Positions 22,651-30,951 of a stretch of 30,951 nt of DNA are shown here, piece after piece (position 1 is the first letter of the stretch; the number at the start of each line of letters is the position of its first letter). Source of the DNA: Octopus sinensis (lineage: Eukaryota); NCBI RefSeq assembly GCF_006345805.1, contig NW_021832706.1, positions 1 to 30,951 on the forward strand. The letters are read 5' to 3'. The notes under the pieces are model-generated. The model ran no database searches. It saw only the letters and a program-made list of their open reading frames with translations, and had not been told where the DNA came from. A program made the translations under genes and the position numbers.

Positions 22651-23210
22651 ATTTTCTCAAGAAGATTTAACAACGAAACCTGATTTGTGATTAATCTATA
22701 TTTTATATCTTTTCATTTGCCTTGCTCGCTTACGTTCTGGCGTTTGCTAAATTATCTTGAGAACATTCCTTTCTTAGTGGTAAGACCATAACGGATCTTC
22801 TTCTGGCATAATGGATGTCCACTTACAGGTCATACTCTTATATGCATGTAATATCAATTTTTTTCTGAAACTTCGGATTTTTCAATATGCTAGACGACTA
22901 TAACTTAAATAATGAGGGTAGAAATTGATATTAATTAATTAACATCAATTTAAACCAGTGGCTTAGCATCTTTAAAAAAAATCCGAAGATTAAAAATTAT
23001 ATTACATACAAAATATAAGAGGAATGACCACTAAAGTGGATTCCTAATATGCTAAAAATAGACGTCAAATCGCCTTACCACGAAGTGTGTGCTCTCAAGA
23101 AAATTTCATCAAACGCCAGAATGTAAAAATGAGCAAGACAAATGAAAATATACGAAATAAAAACTGATTACCTACGTACCATGGTTTCGTCTGTTAATAT
23201 TTACGAATAT
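22650..23210. mobile_element. Foldback/long-TIR element centred near 22928
   Basis: Paired blocks: CTTCGGATTTTTCAATATGCTAG(22871-93) with CTTAGCATC...AATCCGAAG(22962-88); TCCACTT..GGTCAT.CTCTTATAT with its complement at 23010-42; TTTCATTTG.CTTGCTC...TTCTGGCGTTTG(22711-45) with 23115-48; TTAACA.ACGAAACC with 23193-207. Confidence 0.8.
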
Positions 23211-23437
23211 AAATATCTGTAGACTCCTCAGCGTAGTCCGTCGCTTACAAAACACAATTTTGAAAACTAGACCTCGAACGTTCACTCGAAAGAGAATATA
23301 TATATAAAGTTTTGGAAATTATATTTGGGTGTATCTTTCAATTGTCTTCATTTTGGTGCGCTTGAAGCCGGAAATAGCTCTGCAGTTAATAAATTTCTGC
23401 AACTAATTTACCGGTTAGAGAACAAGTGTTATTTAGA

Positions 23438-23576
23438 ACTTAATGAGGGTAGAAATTGATATTTATCAATTATCATTAATTTAAACCAATGGCCTAGCAT
23501 ATTTGAAAAATCCGAAGTAATCCACTTTAGTGGTCATTCCTCTTATATTTTGTATGTAATATAATGTTTAATCTTC
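23438..23576. mobile_element. Second partial copy of the foldback family
   Basis: 23438-23517 is a direct repeat of 22905-22988; 23519-23576 is an inverted repeat of 22985-23042 (1 mismatch in 58). Confidence 0.85.
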
Positions 23577-23889
23577 TGGTATGTGTGCTGGAACTGACAG
23601 ATCACATGATTTCAGTGTACTGTAATTCTTCAGTGATAGGCGTCCCGTGATCGCATGCGAGGCAAATCTCACTGTCACGATGTATAGAATATCAATATCT
23701 TTTTCAGTCACTGATGTCCCCTATAGCCATCAGGTTTATTTAAAAATAATTATGGGCGACTGAAGCAGCGCTAGTACCATTGGGCAATATTTATGCGTAT
23801 GTATTGGAGGACATCTCAAAGAAAAAAACCGCAGTATTCAGCGTTCTAGCAAAACATCCGCGGTACTAATACTACTTCCATTGCAAATG

Positions 23890-24293
23890 CTCTTTTACTT
23901 GTTTCAGTCATTTGACTGCGGCCATGCTGGAGCACCGCCTTTAGTCGAGCAAATCGACCCCAGGACTTATTCTTTGGAAGCCTAGTACTTATTCTATCGG
24001 ATCTCTTTTGCTGAACCACTAAGTTACGGGGACGTAAACACACCAGCATCGGTTATCAAGCGATGTTGGGGGGACAAACACAGACACACAAACATATACA
24101 CACACATACATATATATATACATATATTCGACGTGCGTCTTTCAGTTTCTGTCTACCAAATCCACTCACAAGGCTTTGGTCGGCCCGAGGCTATAGTAGA
24201 AGACACTTGCCTAAAGTCCCACGCAGTGGGACTGAACCCGGCAAAATGTGGATGGTAAGCAAGCTACTTACCACACAGCCACGCCTGCACCTA
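23890..24293 (-). mobile_element. Full-length composite tRNA-derived SINE
   Basis: Reverse complement of the 6752 family from head (TAGGTGCAGGCGTGGCTGTGTGG) to tail (GAAACAAGTAAAAGAG), with a short internal CA/TA tract. Confidence 0.92.
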
Positions 24294-24899
24294 TATGATA
24301 ATGTTTAGTTATTTGATACGGCTGTTGCTTATTTGTGACCTCAATCATTGAAAATGCTCTGATATCATACACATCGTGGCAATGAGATTTGACTGGTATG
24401 ACTATATATACATACATTCAAATTACAGTTTTTGCATTTCCTCGCAATTTTCCCGTACAGCTAACTGAGGGTAAGCGAACAAAACTTTACCAAATGTATG
24501 GAATAACTCACTAGCAATTAACCCCATTGTTAATAGGGTTGTTTTCCAATTTCTTCAGTTACAAGAAAACAAGATAAATTAATACATAAATGCTAAAGAA
24601 AAAAAATAAAAGGAAACCTTTCCTTACTGATGTAATTAAGTACAATGAAGTTAAAGCGTTAAAATATTTTTTTATGTTGTCATAAAAGTATTTTTTCTGC
24701 TTGTGACAATCGTCTACTTCCTCTAGGGGTGTATGGGAAGTTTAATTGCGTGTTAATTATTTTTCCTTATTACTTAATAAAGATTAATATCTAATTACCA
24801 AAGAATGTTTATTAAGTCACACAAAAGAGAGAAGGGAAATAATCTGCAACAGTAGTGAAAGTATTTGTAACTCTTCCCCTACCGCACCCCTTACAATTC

Positions 24900-24964
24900 A
24901 TGTAGGATATATACATACATGAGCATACATGCATATATACATTCGGTCATTCATTCATATATAT

Positions 24965-25040
<76 letters not shown>

Positions 25041-25221
25041 CGTGTATATATGTATAACGTATATATATATGTGTATGTATAATCATACATATACACATCT
25101 ATATGTGGAGGCTGTGTGTGGGTGTATATATGTATAAGCTTTTATTGTACATGTGAACAAAATAGCGATACTCGGTGCATACAATAAACAGGATATAATC
25201 TCATCTATTATTTCACACTCG

Positions 25222-25271
<50 letters not shown>

Positions 25272-25325
25272 TGCGCACGCATACACACACGCACACGTAG
25301 CACACATGCACACACGCATATATAC
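24900..25325. repeat. (TA)n and (CA)n microsatellite cluster
   Basis: Direct reading. Confidence 0.9.
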
Positions 25326-27259
25326 TACGTAGAAGTTTTCAGTATAGTAAGCTTAACAATGAACTCGTTGACCTCAATATTCTCAAGATTCTGGAATGGT
25401 TTGCCAAAGATTCGGAGCACCGCTTCTCTTTCTTAGAGTAAATGACTATTTCTCACATCACTCACTACATGGTTATAATATGTTACTGTTAGTGTTCTTC
25501 ACCCTCACTTAAACTCTTGTGGAGTATACATATGAAAAGTATTCCAGTAATGACCATCCTGTCTTTTTATCACTGTTTAAGAACTACTTTATCTTTTTCT
25601 CAACAGTGCATCAGGAGTTTACATTTTCCAGTGTGGCATTCATTTTAAAGTTGTATTTAGGCAATTTTTAAGGTAATTTTTGCTGTTATTTTCTGTGCGT
25701 TAAACGACAACATAGAGACTCTGTTGTTAGCTGGAGGTGACGAATTTATTAGGAAGGGTATAATCGATTCAGCGACTTTAGTACTTGCTTGGTATATATT
25801 TTATCGATTCAGAGTGATCGAAGGAATTGCTGCCTCAATGTACAACGAAATAATACTGCAAATCATTTTCTAGTGCTCTACAAACTCAGTTGTTTTCTGA
25901 CACCAAACATTAAAAACAGAAAAATTGTGGTTTAACCCTCTTTATAGTTTAAATGTATTCGCAAATCTTCTTGGGCCTCCTTTGTTCCTCTGCAGGCACT
26001 TACCTCCTTCATAGAAGTATCATAAAATCGTGAACAAAATTTATGTTATGGTCAGCTATAGAGGCATAGGTAATATAAATTTTACGAATATCTAATCATA
26101 GCTAAAAATTGATACAAACGACACCGTCTGAAGATAATTACTAATGCACAGCTAGGTAACCTTCAAATGTAAATGTCTGTTAAAAGAAACAGTTTAGAGA
26201 GTAGACGTAGAATCGGTAAACTATACAGTAGAAACGTATGCCAGGTTAATTGAGAAAATCCTTTACAACCTTAATCATGTAAAATACTCAAGCCCATGAA
26301 TAAGTATTATTTTACGTCAGTTTCGAAATACATATAAGCAAACCCATGATAAGAAAGGGTTTGTTAAAACGGAAAGGCAAAGAACGGCTGTAGAAGCTAC
26401 TGCGGCTACATGCAACTGAAAAACTCAAGATTCTGACTCAGCTTAAATATATCTGAAATAGGAGAGAAGAAATCTTTATGTTGTGTCCTCATGCTGAGAA
26501 ATAAAAATTACGAACTTTCAGACATATTGCTAAATCCTTTTGTTTTGAAGAGCACACTAGGGGAATGGACAACTGATACAAGAAACAGCAAAATTCGACA
26601 CGTCTAAACAGGATTTTACTTAAACTAAGTATTGCCTTCTAGTAAAATATCAAATGTAGTTTCTCTCTTTAAGAAAGACATGCTCTTACAAATGATAGTT
26701 CAGGACGTACTAAGAAATCCGAAGCGGAGAACAAAGCTAAAAGACGATCTTCAAATTTTGGTTTCAAATGAAATACAGTTGTCCCCCTACCAATAAAAAT
26801 GATAGATTTTTCTGTGTAGGATTACGTGTTCACCAAAGAGACAGAGAAATCCCTGAAGCGATTTGGATTAAGTCACGTCTTTATTGACGACCAGCATGGT
26901 CATCTGATTGAGTGAACATTCGAGAAATAAATAGCAAGAGGCAGCAACCAAACGTACATACATACATACATACATACATCAGGGTCGTATATTCTGGGTG
27001 AGCTAGATGTGCACTGCACACCCATCGAAAATGGCAAATTCATTATAAATATTAGCCTTACTCATTAATTCAATCATAAGTCTTAATGGAAATCTTTTGT
27101 TATACCCCTGCTTGAAATTTGGTGGTACTGGGTGTGGCAGCGCACCCAATACAACGACCACCATTTGCCACTGACACACGCACACACGCACACACAGAGA
27201 CTTACACACGTACACCCCCACCCACACATACAGGCACACAAACATACGTACAGGCACAC

Positions 27260-27700
27260 CACTGTTTCTTGGCTTTCAAAGGTTTCTCCTAAGTTTCCAA
27301 GATTTGACGATTTCACCCTATTACCAGACCATCCATGGCCACGTAATAATAATTCATCAGCATAGCTCTGTAATGTCACAGATATCTAACAGCTTGCGCA
27401 CCGAAACACCACGACTCGTTCTTTCCAACACTTCTAATTTATCATAGATCCATATGGATGAGCGTTTACTACCACTGATGGTCTCAATTCTCTTACTAGT
27501 AGTAGACATAGCTAAGGGTAACTTTAAGCTAAATAAGCAGTGGATCCCCCAAAAGTTTGGCATTGCCATTAAAAAGCGCAGTGTGAATAATGTATTTGAA
27601 TGCATGGTATACACAAACGCCACATGTGGACGCACAGCGAACTAGACTGGCGGCCACAAGAATTTCAAATTGCCCCTCGTTAATTACCCGGAATAAAGAG
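27260..27700 (-). mobile_element. Decayed pogo/Tigger-like transposase 5' region (CENP-B-type N-terminal HTH)
   Basis: MSTTSKRIETISGSKRSSIWIYDKLEVLERTSRGVSVRKLLDIC (ATG at 27509) resembles the KR..L.I.DKL.II..L..G.S..KL pattern of Tigger/JRK-like proteins; frameshifted afterwards and cut by a (CA)-rich tract. Confidence 0.6.
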
Positions 27701-27989
27701 GTGCTGGATCATCAATTTCAAGGAAATCGGTAGTCTCTCTGAATATATGATAATGTGGGTGTATATGTACATAAATACATACATGCATACATATACATGC
27801 AGACATACAGACATGCATACATACACACAAGATGTCATTGAAGGGGTACCGTTGTAACATATGGTATGTGTTAGACTTTTTGTAAGATTTGGCGGTGACC
27901 ATCCTTCTCAAGAATCTGAACAAAGCCGATCTCTTCCGGAAGAAAAAAAAAACGGATGGTGAGAAAGTAAGTGCTGAGGAAAGAGAATA

Positions 27990-28140
27990 ATTGATTCCAG
28001 TAGAAGACACAGGACTGGTACTATATATTTATCGACCACGAGATGATGAAAGATCAATTCAACCTCGTTGAATCTGACATCAGAGCATGTGGCTCCAGAA
28101 CGATTACCGTAAAACAATCTACTCAGCGCCCTTACGACAC
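27990..28140 (-). mobile_element. Highly degenerate SINE of the 431-653 type
   Basis: ACTGGTACTATATTTTATCGACC...GATGAAAG...CAACCTCG...AATCTGA keeps the family anchors. Confidence 0.55.
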
Positions 28141-28325
28141 TGTTAGTTGGCCGCCCTTGTATCTCTATGTCTCTCTGTCTCCCCACTCTCTCTCTCTCAT
28201 TTTGTCTATCTGTCTTTTTGTTGTCGCTCTTTGCCTCCCCTCGTCTCTTTATATATATGTGTATACACACACACACATAGACACACGCACACACACACAC
28301 ACATACACACATATATATATATACA

Positions 28326-28519
28326 CAGTAATCCTTCGCCATTTCACGGTTCACTTATCGTGGTTTATTATTTAAGCTTACGTCGATTCTTCTGGGGTGT
28401 TCTTTTGCATTTGTAATAAAATAAATATATACAAAAAATATACAGTACAGTACTGTTTTTACTTCGCGGATTTTCATCTATCGCGGAGTGTTTGGAACGC
28501 GATAGTCGAAGGATTACTG
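28326..28519. mobile_element. Tigger/pogo-type MITE, 194 bp
   Basis: Perfect 13-bp TIR CAGTAATCCTTCG (28326-38) / CGAAGGATTACTG (28507-19); right flank TA, left flank CA (TA TSD with one change, inferred). Confidence 0.88.
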
Positions 28520-29599
28520 TATATAATAGAAAAGCATTAACAAAAGATAATGGATTGAGTATCTTATTGCATAATACTACAATTGTTTCATCATCTCGTT
28601 ATTAGAAAATCATTACTTATATATTATTATATGATGTATGGAATAATACATCGTATCAGTATTATTTCTGCATATTGTTAAGTGTCGATTCATCAGATAT
28701 GTGTAGAAACGGCTTCCTACATGAAACCCTATTTTATGCCCATGTTAAATTTAAACACATACGCACTCGTGCACGCATACCTGCATAAACTCACGCTCAC
28801 ACACACACATATACATTTGTATATAGATATGTGTATGTCTGTATAAATCTGTATTTGTATGTGTATGTGTCTATATAAAGACGCGTGCATGTACGTCCAT
28901 ACATATGTATGTGTATATACAAGTTTAAATATACAATGGAATTTGGGTTTAAGATTGCATTCAGAAACTGCCGTTGTTAATTCTAGACTTTCAAAGTTTT
29001 CATCCGTTCGGCAACCGGGACAGGATTTCGTCAATTATAATTGAATTTAAATATATTTCAGTAAAGGAATGGGGAAGAAGCATATTGAAATGAAGTCTAC
29101 CCAGGGTTTGTTGAAAATATATAAATAAATAAAATTAATGAATGTGGAAAAATTACACAGTAGATGTGCAAGGATGTATAACAGCTGCAAGATTACATAT
29201 TATTCTCGTTGTAACCGTGTTTATTATACGCCCACGCGAGAAGCTTATCATTATTCTAGGATTATTGTTAATCCGTCAATATACATGCTTATCTACATAT
29301 ATAGACATATATTTAAAGTGTGAGTGAGTGTATGTAATGTGTAACGTATATCATTTCCGGCTCTCTGCGTTCTGACAGCAATGCTTGGGGCGACACCGGT
29401 GCCAAACAGTGTCGGTCCAAATCGACAGTCGGCAGCCTTACTCTTCGATAAACAAGGACGGCACGGTGAGATAGACTTGCATGTCGGCGCAACCACTCGC
29501 CTTCTTTGCAAACAAAGGAAGTCTTGCTCAGGAGAAGTCTTTATGTACATACATGTGCGGAAGAATTATTAGTACTAACCGATTGTAGGGCGTTATATA

Positions 29600-29800
29600 T
29601 ACATAGTTAATCCAAACATGAAAGCACATAAAAAAAAACACAACAACGCGAGGACGTGGAACAAATATAGTATTATTGGACGGTCAGGAAAGAAGGAAAG
29701 TTTAACGTTTCGATCGGAGCTCTTCATCGGAAACATAGGAGAAGGAAAGATCCAGAGAAGGGAGACAGAAAAAAAATCGCCAACGGTACACACGCGGTTA
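29600..29800 (-). mobile_element. Related repeat subfamily carrying a hammerhead-like motif (29734-29700)
   Basis: Minus strand GTTT-CCGATGA-A-GAG(CTCCG)ATC-GAAAC-GTT-AAAC, then TTTCCTGACCGTCC...; ends at (TA)n. Confidence 0.7.
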
Positions 29801-29845
29801 TATACACATACATATATATATACATACATATATATATAATATATA

Positions 29846-29891
<46 letters not shown>

Positions 29892-29918
29892 ATATATATA
29901 TATATATATATATGTGTG

Positions 29919-29954
<36 letters not shown>

Positions 29955-30004
29955 ATGTGTGTGTGTGTGTTTTTTCTGTGTGTGTGTGTGTATGTGTGTG
30001 TGTG

Positions 30005-30150
30005 TGTTTGTTTCTGTGTGTGTCTGTTTCCATCCCACTGCCATGGCTTGACAACCGATGCTGGTATGTTCGTGCCTCCGTGGCCTATGACCCTTTAAGG
30101 CGGTGCTCCAGCATGTTCGTAGTCAAATGACTGAAACAAGTAAAAGAATA
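30005..30150 (+). mobile_element. 3' half of composite SINE with internal deletion
   Basis: GCTTGACAACCGATGCTGGT...TTTAAGGCGGTGCTCCAGCATG..AGTCAAATGACTGAAACAAGTAAAAG; the GGTTCGGCAAAAGAG-GTCGAT block is absent; starts from a (TG)n tract. Confidence 0.85.
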
Positions 30151-30186
30151 AATACATACATTACCTTTCCTTTCCGGTTGATGAAA

Positions 30187-30215
30187 TAAAGTACCAATCA
30201 AGTATTGGTACTTTA
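30187..30215. repeat. Perfect 12-bp hairpin
   Basis: TAAAGTACCAAT-CAAGT-ATTGGTACTTTA. Confidence 0.9.
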
Positions 30216-30284
30216 AGTGTTATGTTATCGACAGAGCTCTAATTTGCTGAACCTCCTTTATTAGAAACTCTTATAGTTGTAATT

Positions 30285-30625
30285 GTAGAGCGGTGGGATG
30301 CGGAAGGAAACGCGCTGTTATTTGTTCCGGCTCTTTACGTTCTGAATTTGAATTCAACCGAGGTCATTTACCGTTTTGTCATAAACGAAGGAGAACATAT
30401 TGACGTTCTACTTGTCAGAAATAGCAGTCAAATTGTCCCTCAAATTATACCTTACGATCTTAAACTAGGGGAAATATGTTCTGTGATGCGGTTTTGGGTG
30501 CATGCAACCTGAAAAATGTAAGACGAGATGGTCATGGCTGGAAGGTCTACTCAATCAGGATTGATTGCCGGCTAAACAACAAAAAAAGCAACAACTACTG
30601 CATCAGCAACAACAACAACAACAAA
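30285..30625 (+). mobile_element. Degenerate SINE-like element with (AAC)n tail
   Basis: Head TTCCGGCTCTTTACGTTCTGAATTTGAATTCAACCGAGGTC resembles the other SINE heads; ends GGCTAAACAACAA...(CAA)n. Confidence 0.55.
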
Positions 30626-30951
30626 TAATTAAGAGCAAATGATCGTTATATCAGTTAACATTGATAGCCAAATTTTCCTCACACCACACCCGTCTGTTTT
30701 AAAACCGGAAGTAGACATTAAATAATGGAGTTCTGATTCATTATGTCTGAATAAAAGACGGGATTGTCCGGGCTGGGAGATCTTTTGATCATAGGTCTCC
30801 TTGATCAACGCTGACCTGTCGTTTAATAACAAAAACAGCTGGTTTCATCACCATCATCCTCATTCTTCTTCTTCTTCTTCTTCTTCTTCTTCTTCTTCTT
30901 TCACTATAGATCTGAAATAACAAAATATATTTTCTAATTAAATAACTTGAA

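Noticed and set aside
23634-23733. Open segment DRRPVIACEANLTVTMYRISISFSVTDVPYSHQ
   Set aside because: Weak donor (GTTTAT) and no recognisable homology.
26004-26055. Minus-strand exon with perfect AG|GTAAGT donor
   Set aside because: All three frames contain stops. It could only be a UTR exon or an ATG AAG GAG start exon, and no downstream partner was found.

Overview
AT-rich, repeat-saturated eukaryotic genomic DNA, most consistent with an octopod cephalopod. That assignment rests on recognising tRNA-derived SINE families by eye, not on a database search. No intact gene can be supported: almost every ORF in the supplied track is a microsatellite translation. The window holds about a dozen tRNA-derived SINE copies or fragments and decayed remnants of a Ty3/Gypsy integrase, a CR1/L2-group LINE, a Penelope GIY-YIG endonuclease, two tandem RLE-class (R4/Dong-like) LINE 3' ends and a pogo/Tigger transposase. 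It also holds a Tigger-type MITE, two long foldback structures and many micro- and minisatellites. The most interesting signal is a set of type I hammerhead-ribozyme folds. One has a near-intact core (4568-4701) beside a 200-bp inverted repeat. A dispersed repeat family carries a minimal hammerhead whose core reads CUGUNGA instead of CUGANGA, with variation concentrated at unconstrained positions. A few splice-site-bounded open segments at 24.4-29.5 kb might be exons of an unidentified plus-strand gene, but this is weak.
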